A stretch of DNA of 32,000 bases from the NCBI RefSeq assembly GCF_000020025.1, contig NC_010631.1, positions 180,001-212,000 on the forward strand. Reading direction: 5' to 3'. The number at the start of each line of letters is the position of its first letter. Position 1 is the first letter of the stretch. A program made the translations under genes and the position numbers. Positions 20,501 through 27,789 of the stretch are shown piece by piece. The stretch is from Nostoc punctiforme PCC 73102 (GTDB taxonomy: Bacteria; Cyanobacteriota; Cyanobacteriia; Cyanobacteriales; Nostocaceae). A model generated the notes under the pieces. The model had not been told where the DNA came from, searched no databases, and worked only from the letters and a program-made list of their open reading frames with translations.

Positions 20501-21158
20501 TTTGCCGAAACTGTTTTCTTCGCTGAAAATAGGGGCCGAACGAATTGGTGAAATTGTTCTTTCCTTACGAAATTTCTCGCGGCTTGACCAAGCTCAGGTA
20601 AAACCTGTGGATATTCATGAGGGACTCGACAGCACTTTATTAATATTGCAGCATCGTCTGAAAGCTAATTCGTTACATTTAGGGATTGAGATTGTCAAAC
20701 AGTATGCCTCTTTACCGTTGATAGAATGTTTTGCTGGACAACTTAACCAAGTATTTATGAACTTGTTAGCAAATGCGATCGATGCAGTGGAAGAGCCCTG
20801 TCGTCAGCCTGCTAAGTCGGATAAAGACAAACACTATCCCCGAATTACTATCAAAACACAACTTATAGCAAATGATTGGGTTCAAATCTACATCAAAGAT
20901 AACGGAGTTGGCATGACAAAGGCAGTACAGGCGAAGTTATTTGATCCGTTTTTTACCACAAAGCCTGTTGGTCAAGGTACAGGTTTGGGACTCTCAATTA
21001 GCTACCAAATTGTAGAAAAGCACGGAGGGAAATTACAGTGCCTGTCCCAACCTGGTGAAGGGGCACAGTTTGTGATTGAAATTCCAATTAAACAATCCGA
21101 AAGGGAACTAGCAAACGTACTTATTGATAAAAAAGAAAGTGACACTGATAACTCTTAA
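17544..21158 (+). CDS. Knotless (Cph2-type) phytochrome / cyanobacteriochrome multi-GAF histidine kinase
   Basis: The N-terminus is colinear with Synechocystis Cph2: DRIKIYQF..DGHG.VIAES, GLNFPADDIPPYAREL, VDPCHLEYLTAMGVKSS, LWGLLVSHH. The second domain has the PHY-tongue motifs WAG and PRQSF (18900-18914). A third GAF has the CBCR consensus (DRLSVYRFNADWGGEFVGD, DTYLQETQGGRYRNNETFVVDDI, CHIEILEQFHVQA). A fourth GAF is CBCR-like, followed by the H-box EKMSSLGLLVAGVAHEINNP and HATPase_c. I prefer the ATG at 17544; the track ORF starts at a TTG at 17532. Confidence 0.9.
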   Translation: MEFLTNQVSQTQEILLHRIASRIRQSLELQEILSATVAEVRSFLGTDRIKIYQFQADGHGLVIAESIQEDRLPPLLGLNFPADDIPPYARELFVRARQRCIVDLTTQEIGISPLDCPETGKPLEQQDIRYRPVDPCHLEYLTAMGVKSSVVVPIVLKNQETGKDSSPNVMESSQLWGLLVSHHSQARVVTQQELLLIQSVVDQVAIAISQSILLTQVREQARQEAIINKVTEQLHSTPVAQLQTALEETVAAFNGSGGRLYLLPDDEQTAKLYTFGLQPNQLDIGQEQTPSPLTQELSLVDRAWVSPMERNNEVLLLANLREGSDVLRKGRPIEEHRLWQKYLFASICPPENLENPSHKSWSVNWMRAIYALTPPVNELSYDSNLWAIADLYKEPLLRSVAPCFQTTQVRGLLIVPLQHGSTIVGCLTIFRDEVDIETIWAGCVDTDSRQLMPRQSFAAWRELRTGQAQQWSESEIKLAQALGERFATAVKQHRLYEQVQALNANLEQQVRDRTLELQQTNTDLQHSTIELQRSVERQQALARIIANMRQSLDVTTIFRTTTQEVCQLLECDRLSVYRFNADWGGEFVGDYETANPRWGRSIKLGVGMVWDDTYLQETQGGRYRNNETFVVDDIHSQGFTQCHIEILEQFHVQAFMIAPIFVGQELWGLLGAYQHSSTRHWQASEIEFFTQIATQLGVALQQAEYLEQVRAQTRKLALVAEQQQTLASVITKIRESLDLNAIFETTTQELRRVLNCDRVVIFRFYSESNYDGGEVIAEDVAERFLSTLTAKVYDRCLGQEHIEKFCQGYVHAVTDIYNSELNECYVSMLSRFQVRANLVIPMLKQGQLWGLLGIHQCQKSREWQDSEIEFVRQIAAQLGVALQHVVLLNQTQQQAIQLAQALEHLQQTQAHLLHSEKMSSLGLLVAGVAHEINNPVNFISGNLSHLHEYTQSLIKMLNIYQQIYPQPHPEIEKQAILSDLEFIAEDLPKLFSSLKIGAERIGEIVLSLRNFSRLDQAQVKPVDIHEGLDSTLLILQHRLKANSLHLGIEIVKQYASLPLIECFAGQLNQVFMNLLANAIDAVEEPCRQPAKSDKDKHYPRITIKTQLIANDWVQIYIKDNGVGMTKAVQAKLFDPFFTTKPVGQGTGLGLSISYQIVEKHGGKLQCLSQPGEGAQFVIEIPIKQSERELANVLIDKKESDTDNS
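17589..19031 (+). other. GAF-PHY photosensory module (bilin-binding Cys codon at 17949-17951)
   Basis: The Cys-His dipeptide lies in PVDPCHLEYL (residue 140 of the track ORF). The WAG and PRQSF tongue motifs lie in the following domain. Domain boundaries are approximate. Confidence 0.7.
19165..19670 (+). other. Cyanobacteriochrome-type GAF domain (canonical Cys codon 19467-19469)
   Basis: FTQCHIEILEQFHVQAFMIAPI and the upstream W..DTYLQETQGGRY match CBCR GAF consensus. There is no DXCF second Cys. Domain boundaries are approximate. Confidence 0.7.
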
Positions 21159-21295
21159 GTTTCTTTGACTAGCTATCTGTGAAAGGTTGCAATGCCTTTC
21201 GGTCAACATATCTCTTCCTTGAGGCACTTTATGGTTAAATACTTCCACCAAAAATAGAAATAATCTAGCTTTTCGTTTGGGTTAATCATATACCT

Positions 21296-24200
21296 TTATA
21301 TTCTCAAAAAGGATTGTCCAGAAGCTAATAAATTTCTTGCCTGTTCTTGATCCAAAGGCTTTGAAAATAAGTATCCTTGTGCTTGTTGGCATTGCAGCAA
21401 TTGAAGTTGCGCTAATTGGTTAATTGTTTCTACCCCTTCTGCAACGACACTCATTCCTAAGTTATCAGCTAAAGTAACAATAGCTCGAACAATAGCGAAT
21501 TGTTCAGTATCGCTATCAATGCGATTGACAAAGGAGCGGTCAATCTTGAGAACATCAATCGGAAAATTATGCAAATAAGCCAGAGATGAATAACCTGTCC
21601 CAAAATCATCAATACATAATTGCAATCCAAAAGCCTTAAGCTGTTTAAGGATGGAGGTAGCCTTTTGAGGAGAGGCGATAATTGCAGTTTCAGTGATTTC
21701 TAGCTTTAAGTTGCTAGAGCTAAGTCCAGTATCTTGGAGAATTTGACTGATTTGTTCAATTAGATGAGGTTGAGAAAACTGTTTACCAGAAAGATTAACA
21801 TTGAGGGTTAAGGGCTTGATGGCAGGAAATTGTAGTTGCCACTGCCGCAATTGCTTACAAGATTCAGTTAATACCCATTGACCAATTGGGATAATCAGTC
21901 CAGTTTCTTCTGCTACGGGAATAAACTCGGTTGGAGAAATAAGTCCGCGTTCTGGATGCTGCCAGCGAACTAATGCTTCAAATCCTGTAATTTTTCCTGT
22001 TTTTATACAAATAATTGGCTGGTAGAAAATGCATAACTCCTGTCGTTCAACAGCCCAGCGCAAGTCAGTTTCTAACTGCAACAGCTCTACTGCCCGATCG
22101 TACATAGTGGTATCGAAAACTATATGTCCAGCTTGACTCTGTTCTTTAGCGCGGTAAAGGGCAGTGTCAGCATCTCGAAGTAAATCTGCGGGTTGAACGT
22201 ATTTGTTTGTACCTAAAGCGATGCCAATGCTAGCAGTCATAAATACTTCATACCCGCACAAGTTAAAAGGCGGCTTTAATGCCTGATGTATATGTTTTGC
22301 GATGTCGGTGGCATCTTCAATAGTTTGAATATGGGAGAGCAAAATGGTAAACTCGTCTCCACCTAAGCGAGCAACAGTATCGTCAGGCTGCAAACATTGT
22401 TGTAAACGTTGAGCAAGCGTTACCAATAATTGGTCGCCAACTAAGTGCCCTAAACTATCATTGACGACTTTGAAACGGTCAAGGTCAAGGAACAACACAG
22501 CAAACAAATCATCTGGATTATGTTTCATCTGTGCAATTGCTTGTTCTAGCCTGTCTATAAATAAAATTCGATTGGGTAGTCCAGTCAGAGCATCATAAAA
22601 AGCATTGTGAACTAACTTTTCTTCAAGAAGTTTACGTTCAGTAATATCTGTTGCAATCCCATCTATACGAATCGGCAGACCAGAAGCGTTATAAATTAGA
22701 TGGCTACGGTTTAATAGCCAGCGTACCTGCCCATCAGGTCTAACAATTCGGTATTCTAATTCTTGCTTCTCAGTTAAGAATAATGGTTGAATGGCAGCAT
22801 GAACTTGTTGCTGATCTTCTGGGTGAATGACTTCGAACCAAAGATTAGAGTTCTCAAAAAATTCTGATACAGAATAACCATAAACTTTCAGAGCCGCAGG
22901 ATTGAGATAAAGAGTTTCAAAAGTATCAGCAGAAATTGACCAAATTACGTCTTCAAGAGAACATAGAATTCCATCTAAACGTTGTTTGCTTTCTTGCAGT
23001 GCAGCTTCTGCTAGTTTGCGGTCAGTGATGTTAGTAACCATCCCCAAGGCCCCAGCATAATTTCCCTGGTCGTCTAATAACGGGGCACAAGAAATGATTG
23101 CCCAGAGGTCAGAACCGTCCTGACAGCGAAATTTAAAATCATGCGCTTCTTGAATACCCTGATAACGTCGTGAAAGGCAAGAATTAGCAATCTCCAACCC
23201 TTCAGAATCCATAAAAGAGAACAGTGTTGCACCCAGCATCTCTTCAATGGTGTAGCCCAACATTGTTGCCATCTGTTGGTTGACAAAGGTAGTGCAGTTG
23301 TCTTTATCGAGTAACCAAATTCCTTCAGTTGCTGTTTGTACAATGCGGCGATACTGTTCTTCTTGCTTTCCTAATGCTTCAAGGGCTTGTAAATGGTGAG
23401 TAATATCAGTCTGGATACCAATAAAGTTAGTCAAATAACCGGAATTGTCAAACACAGGAGCTAAGTAAAGTTCATTCCAAAACAGAAAATTATCCTTGCG
23501 GTAATTCCGTAAAATAACATGGCATTCTCTTTGTTCTTGAATGGCACTACGTAATTCCTGGAGGGCTACTTGCTCTAAGTCGTTTCCTTGCAAAAAACGA
23601 CAGTTACGCCCAATGACTTCACTGGCACAGTACCCTGTAATCAATTCGAAGGCTGGGTTGACATAAATGATCGGATTATCTGGTTGATTGGGATCTGTCA
23701 AAATAATGCCATTACTACTAGCAGCAATCGCACGTTCCATTAGATGTAAATCTACTTCTGGCTCCTGTAAGGGTGAGATTTTTTCAACTGATTGAACGTT
23801 CGGATTATTTGTAGTGCTTACAATAGAAAGGTTCACATCTACCAAATTGCATCGGCTGTATGTGAAGTCAATGGGATCTGCTATCTCTTGTACAGCAGCT
23901 GTTAATGAAAAATCCTCATGCTGGGTTTTTAAATGCTCATTTAAATGCTCAGTACTATTCATAAATATGAATAGTGCTGCTAGTTTGTCTTCGTACTTAA
24001 CAACCTTAGCTGAAATTTCCGCCTTAAAAATATCACCATTGGCTTTTTTCACTTCCACGGCACAATTTTTGATGAGGTTGCCACTTTTAAGGTTATTAAC
24101 TAATTTAGCCCATAAAGTTGGCTGGTCATAAAAACTAGGGATGATTTTGTCGAATCTTTGACTTGGCTCAATTTCTAAAAAAGACGCTAATAATTCGTTT

Positions 24201-24427
24201 TTAAAGAGAACTTGCTGGCTTTCCAGGCATACAATCCCAATCGGGAATGGGCTAAGTTCTGTTAACGAATAAAGTATCTGCTGCCAGTCTATTTTTGGTT
24301 GATTATCTAATTCTTTCACCTTTGGCAATGAATTTCTGTTGGGATAGTTGCACCCAGTGAGGTATTCCTCATTTAAAAAAATCGACTTTTCAGTGAGATT
24401 ATTTTGCGTCTGCTGATTTTGGTACAC
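21296..24427 (-). CDS. LOV - PAS - PAS - GGDEF - EAL protein (blue-light c-di-GMP enzyme candidate)
   Basis: The LOV signature is NGIILTDPNQPDNPIIYVNPAFELITGYCASEVIGRNCRFLQG. Two further PAS/PAC modules follow. The GGDEF domain is intact (RLGGDEFTILL). The EAL domain is intact (EALVRWQHP, EITET, DDFGTGYSSLAYL, QGYLFSKP). The apparent start is a GTG at 24425-24427. Confidence 0.9.
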   Translation of the reverse strand: MYQNQQTQNNLTEKSIFLNEEYLTGCNYPNRNSLPKVKELDNQPKIDWQQILYSLTELSPFPIGIVCLESQQVLFKNELLASFLEIEPSQRFDKIIPSFYDQPTLWAKLVNNLKSGNLIKNCAVEVKKANGDIFKAEISAKVVKYEDKLAALFIFMNSTEHLNEHLKTQHEDFSLTAAVQEIADPIDFTYSRCNLVDVNLSIVSTTNNPNVQSVEKISPLQEPEVDLHLMERAIAASSNGIILTDPNQPDNPIIYVNPAFELITGYCASEVIGRNCRFLQGNDLEQVALQELRSAIQEQRECHVILRNYRKDNFLFWNELYLAPVFDNSGYLTNFIGIQTDITHHLQALEALGKQEEQYRRIVQTATEGIWLLDKDNCTTFVNQQMATMLGYTIEEMLGATLFSFMDSEGLEIANSCLSRRYQGIQEAHDFKFRCQDGSDLWAIISCAPLLDDQGNYAGALGMVTNITDRKLAEAALQESKQRLDGILCSLEDVIWSISADTFETLYLNPAALKVYGYSVSEFFENSNLWFEVIHPEDQQQVHAAIQPLFLTEKQELEYRIVRPDGQVRWLLNRSHLIYNASGLPIRIDGIATDITERKLLEEKLVHNAFYDALTGLPNRILFIDRLEQAIAQMKHNPDDLFAVLFLDLDRFKVVNDSLGHLVGDQLLVTLAQRLQQCLQPDDTVARLGGDEFTILLSHIQTIEDATDIAKHIHQALKPPFNLCGYEVFMTASIGIALGTNKYVQPADLLRDADTALYRAKEQSQAGHIVFDTTMYDRAVELLQLETDLRWAVERQELCIFYQPIICIKTGKITGFEALVRWQHPERGLISPTEFIPVAEETGLIIPIGQWVLTESCKQLRQWQLQFPAIKPLTLNVNLSGKQFSQPHLIEQISQILQDTGLSSSNLKLEITETAIIASPQKATSILKQLKAFGLQLCIDDFGTGYSSLAYLHNFPIDVLKIDRSFVNRIDSDTEQFAIVRAIVTLADNLGMSVVAEGVETINQLAQLQLLQCQQAQGYLFSKPLDQEQARNLLASGQSFLRI
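23423..23743 (-). other. LOV domain (flavin-adduct Cys codon at 23600-23602)
   Basis: GRNCRFLQG is the canonical LOV motif. The Cys is residue 276 of the ORF, and its codon tgt was checked against the reverse complement of 23600-23602. Domain boundaries are approximate. Confidence 0.8.
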
Positions 24428-24815
24428 ATTAAAGTTAATAAAGGTTTTCGATTTTTTTTATAAATTGGCAAATTAGCCTAATCCTATATTTGACATTTTT
24501 AATAAGCTGTAACACAGCGCTCATAAAACTCTTTAAATAGGAAAAAGCAGATAATTTTATTTTGCTAGTTAATGTTAAAAGTAGGTATTTTCTTAAAATA
24601 CTCAGTGATTTCTCAAAACATAAATGTTTAGCATCTATTACAGATACCTAAAGAGGAGATAGTGTTTTAGGCTAAAATGCCCAGAAATTGGGACTTTTAA
24701 ACATCCGTTGTAAAGTTTTTTGACTATTTTTAATTTACCCCTTTAGATAGGTGAAATTAAGTATTTTACTAAATCTTTATCTAAATATAATATTGCTTAA
24801 TATTATTAGTGGTTG

Positions 24816-25451
24816 CTAGTAGTCAAGCCATTTAGAAGATATAACTTGTATTACTTCCCCATCTGCCTGTTTCATAAAACGGCAAAGATAGGGATGAAAC
24901 CAATACCTTTCGGTTAAAACATCTCTTTGTTGAGAAAGCTCTTGTGCTTGCCTTTTAAGGAGAGGAGACGTTACGCAAACACGAGTAGATTTCTTATCTA
25001 AACCGTATTGCTGACCGATACCATTACTTAATTGCGTTTGTGTAGGGTTATTTTGTCTACAATTTGTGGGCATTTGATTAGCTGCTGCAACTTCACCACT
25101 CCATAACTCTGGCAGATCACGCAGTATCACCCCCTGCCCGACGATGTGGCGATGGCAAAAGTCTTCGGCTTTTTCACGCGCAGCACAGCGTAATATCTGC
25201 GTCTGAGTTGCGCTGCTTTCTTACCCAAAGATCAATCAATTGCCGCCTGTGACTCAAGAATCAGCAGAAACTGGCGCTTGTACTCTCTTTTCAGCTTCAG
25301 CATCCTGGGCAGAGGCTTTCCACCACTTGAGCAGTTCTGGAGTTGGGGCAAAGAGAGGCAGGTGCAAACCCAGCCAATTGTGTGGAGGATAAAGCGAGAT
25401 GGAGATCCCCTCACCTCGGATTTCGCCACGGTAACATGAGGTATAAATCAT
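24816..25451 (-). pseudogene. DUF488-like gene with three frame disruptions and an approximately 95-aa C-terminal extension
   Basis: The reading MIYTSCYRGEIRGEGISISLYPPHNWLGLHLPLFAPTPELLKWWKAS...AEAEK runs in frame A to the stop at 25254. It continues as REYKRQFLLILESQAAID in frame B, LIDLWVRKQRNSDADITLCCA in frame C, and REKAEDFCHRHIVGQGV back in frame A. Joined together, this gives the DUF488 pattern (ISIS..P.W, APS.ELL, EY...F...L, ITLLC.E.....CHR). The ATG overlaps the upstream stop (ATGA at 25448-25451). Confidence 0.5.
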
Positions 25452-25918
25452 GACTGCACACGATCCAAATCGTAATCAGTTACCCGTGCAATGGAATCTC
25501 TTGAACCAAAAACCTCGTCACCTTTTTCCGATATAGCAGGTGACATCCATTCGATACTGTAAAACCAGCAATCGTTAATCAGTTGAATGCCCTGGACAAT
25601 ATGAATCGGTGGCCCATCTCCATGAAAGCGGAACTCGACCAACTCACCCAGCCGGAAAACAGGTTTTTCTTTAGTAACCGATTGTAAATTACCAGTTCCG
25701 ATAAGTTCATTAGCCGAAACAGTAATATTGTCACCACTAGTAACGATTTCATATTTCCAGCCTTGTTCTGACCATTCGATACCGCAGCAATAACCGAATG
25801 CTTTGGCAGACTTAACATACACTCGCTCTAACAGACTGACAAGTAGAGGCGGAATTCGTTGACCCCAAGGTGGGGAGATGTACCAGCACTGTTCTAAGTT
25901 TTGGACAAGGTTAGTCAT
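25448..25918 (-). CDS. Hypothetical protein, apparent tandem small beta-domain repeat
   Basis: The 156-aa ORF is translationally coupled on both sides by 4-nt overlaps at 25915-25918 and 25448-25451. An internal repeat is suggested by GYCCGIEWSEQGWKYEIV and DCWFYSIEWMSPAI. I recognise no catalytic motif. Confidence 0.6.
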   Translation of the reverse strand: MTNLVQNLEQCWYISPPWGQRIPPLLVSLLERVYVKSAKAFGYCCGIEWSEQGWKYEIVTSGDNITVSANELIGTGNLQSVTKEKPVFRLGELVEFRFHGDGPPIHIVQGIQLINDCWFYSIEWMSPAISEKGDEVFGSRDSIARVTDYDLDRVQS

Positions 25919-27330
25919 ACAATTGAAGCTTTTAAAATACTTTGTACTGATGTGAATAATTGAGTAGCGAACAAAGCAGGCACAGAATACCCGATGATTG
26001 ACCCAGCCGTTGCAACTTCCGGCGGGAATTCGTACCAGCTAGGGAAACCTTGTAACTTCGCAGCTCCCGCAATAGACAAGGATTTGACCGTACCACCAGG
26101 CAACCAGATATCAGCGAATTTGCTTCGGTTGCATCCCTTGTGGTCGGTGAAATGCGATCTCAAAATGGTGTTGGCAGGCAAATGTCCCGCCTTGTATTTA
26201 AGTAATTTGCGCCCCCCAACCCGTTCAATCAAAAGCGGTGTGGGTTCATTGATTGCTAGAAATTGTTCTACGGCTTGCTGCTGTTTGGGCAGAAGTTGCG
26301 AGTCGTTCATCGTGGGGATAAGATGAGCGATCGCCCCATACCAACCACAAGGTGTAGCTCCTGAAGGTAGGGCAACGTGAAAACCCTTGCTTGCAATCAG
26401 GACTAACCGCCGCCGCGCCTGGGGTAGCCCAAAGTCAGCCATATTGACCACGCTGTAATCGACCGAGTACCCCTCAAGTTCCAAAGCTAACAGGATAATA
26501 CTGAAACTTTGACTGTTCTGATAGCGCGGGACATTCTCTAGCGTAAACACCCGTGGCTGCAATTGTCGGATGGCTTCTGCTACAGCGATCGCTGCACTTA
26601 GATCGTCAGCCGTTTCAACACCCTTGCCTGCTTTGGCAGTGTGGGCTTGACTGAAATTAGCGCACACCGGGGAGGCATGGAGATAGTCAGGACGGCGAGG
26701 AAAACCTATGAATCCTAACCGTGCTACTTCTTGCACTGTTAGCTGGACGATTCTACAGCCATACTCGCTAAAGTTGTGGTGATGGTTGAGAGCGATCGCC
26801 CTGCTCAAGTCTGGTTTTGTGGGGTCGAATTCCACCGCAATGACTGGGCGAATACCACTATTGACCATCCCAGCCTCAATTCCACCGCCGCCAGCAAATA
26901 ATACTACGGCGATCGGTGCATCATTTGGAAGTATTGGTTTTAATTTTGTGTTATCAAAATTTTTGCAGACATGTAAAATTTTTGGAGAATACTTTTTGGT
27001 TTTCGCTTTTTTGATAAAAGCGATGATATCTTCTCTTGCCGCTCCCTGTTGTTGCAAAGAGCGAATCATGGTAACAGCAGCACAAGGAATTGAGCCAATG
27101 CTTCGCCCTTTCCATAGCCCTTCCACTTTCTCTTCCCAGTTGTAAGCCCATCGCCAACTTTGAGGATTTTCTGGGTCACGCTCACCAATCACACGTGGGT
27201 AAAAAGCGGTTGACCCATTAAGTAGCTTTTTCTTTTCTATGTACTGATAGAGGCATCCTTGGCTACGGAGTTGTTGACCTTTAAGGTCGTCCTCTAAGAA
27301 TTTTTCGGGTATTGCAGTTGACATAAACAT
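25915..27330 (-). CDS. DNA (cytosine-5)-methyltransferase with an approximately 140-aa N-terminal extension
   Basis: The m5C motifs appear in canonical order: I VVLFAGGGGIEAG, IV HASPVCANFS (catalytic Cys), VI FTLENVPRY, VIII QARRRLVLIA, X IGYSVPALF. The first roughly 140 aa (YQYIEKKKLLNGSTAFYPRVIGERDPENPQSWRWAYNWEEK...) carry no methyltransferase motif. Confidence 0.9.
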   Translation of the reverse strand: MFMSTAIPEKFLEDDLKGQQLRSQGCLYQYIEKKKLLNGSTAFYPRVIGERDPENPQSWRWAYNWEEKVEGLWKGRSIGSIPCAAVTMIRSLQQQGAAREDIIAFIKKAKTKKYSPKILHVCKNFDNTKLKPILPNDAPIAVVLFAGGGGIEAGMVNSGIRPVIAVEFDPTKPDLSRAIALNHHHNFSEYGCRIVQLTVQEVARLGFIGFPRRPDYLHASPVCANFSQAHTAKAGKGVETADDLSAAIAVAEAIRQLQPRVFTLENVPRYQNSQSFSIILLALELEGYSVDYSVVNMADFGLPQARRRLVLIASKGFHVALPSGATPCGWYGAIAHLIPTMNDSQLLPKQQQAVEQFLAINEPTPLLIERVGGRKLLKYKAGHLPANTILRSHFTDHKGCNRSKFADIWLPGGTVKSLSIAGAAKLQGFPSWYEFPPEVATAGSIIGYSVPALFATQLFTSVQSILKASIV

Positions 27331-27332
27331 TA

Positions 27333-27350
27333 CTGGTTCAAATTAACCAG
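27333..27350. promoter_or_regulatory. 18-bp dyad directly upstream of the methyltransferase start codon
   Basis: ctggtt caaatt aaccag has perfect 6-bp arms. It ends 2 nt before the ATG at 27328-27330. It could be an operator or a translational hairpin. Confidence 0.2.
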
Positions 27351-27379
27351 AAGTGCATAAAGACTGTTGCTGTTTGTGG

Positions 27380-27784
27380 TCATATCTGGTTGTGAGCGAT
27401 CGCTTCTCTGACCAAATCATCAGGTACTTCAAAAATTCCCAACCGCCCAATGTAAGGAATCGGTGTAATCTCGCGTGGATTCTCCAGCTTCCAGTGGTAT
27501 TGCTCAGGCATCCCCCAGCCAGATGCAATTTGTGAGAATCGGCAATCAACTATTGTGACTATGCCGATAATTTGCCCGCGACGTAGAGAGATTAATTCTG
27601 GGATTACTATCCCCATCCCTTGGCAAAATTCTCTCGCTGACTGGTACTCTTTTTTGGTGCAAGTTTTGGCTGCGTGAATCAGAATGTCGCCGCGATAATG
27701 AATAGGTCAGCCTCGGTTTTCAATATCCTTTAGAGCAAAAATAATTGCCCATGCCCAAGGCTGCCTGACTGAAAGTGCTTTCAT
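27380..27784 (-). pseudogene. ASCH-domain protein gene interrupted by an in-frame TGA
   Basis: Translation from the ATG at 27782-27784 gives MKALSVRQPWAWAIIFALKDIENRG*PIHYRGDILIHAAK...GIVTIVDC...YHWKLENPREITPIPYIGRLGIFEV. The RQPWA, IENR.W..YRG and W.L.NPR...P.P..G.LG.F motifs are typical of ASCH. The TGA at 27707-27709 falls where the family has Trp (TGG). Confidence 0.65.
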
Positions 27785-27789
27785 GGGTT

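Noticed and set aside
21181-21200. A hairpin (gaaagg ttgcaatg cctttc) between the convergent photoreceptor genes, considered as a bidirectional terminator.
   Set aside because: The stem is only 6 bp and there is no T- or A-tract on either side. That is too weak to call.
1468-27145. Many 60-126-aa ORFs inside or antisense to the large kinase, GGDEF-EAL and methyltransferase genes. Examples are 1721..2020, 2429..2782, 3861..4241, 4771..4974, 5680..5928, 6969..7205, 19562..19783, 23814..24131, 25994..26326 and 26786..27145.
   Set aside because: They lie within genes whose own frames show complete, ordered domain motifs. Their translations are low-complexity and show no family signatures, so they are typical shadow ORFs.
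27343-27549. ORFs 27343..27549 (minus strand) and 27353..27535 (plus strand), which overlap the ASCH gene 3' half.
   Set aside because: The ASCH frame shows family motifs across this stretch. The alternative frames do not.
27707-27709. The TGA in the ASCH gene considered as a selenocysteine or programmed recoding site.
   Set aside because: The family residue at this position is Trp, not Cys. I see no convincing stem-loop immediately 3' of the codon. A simple nonsense mutation or a sequencing error is more parsimonious.
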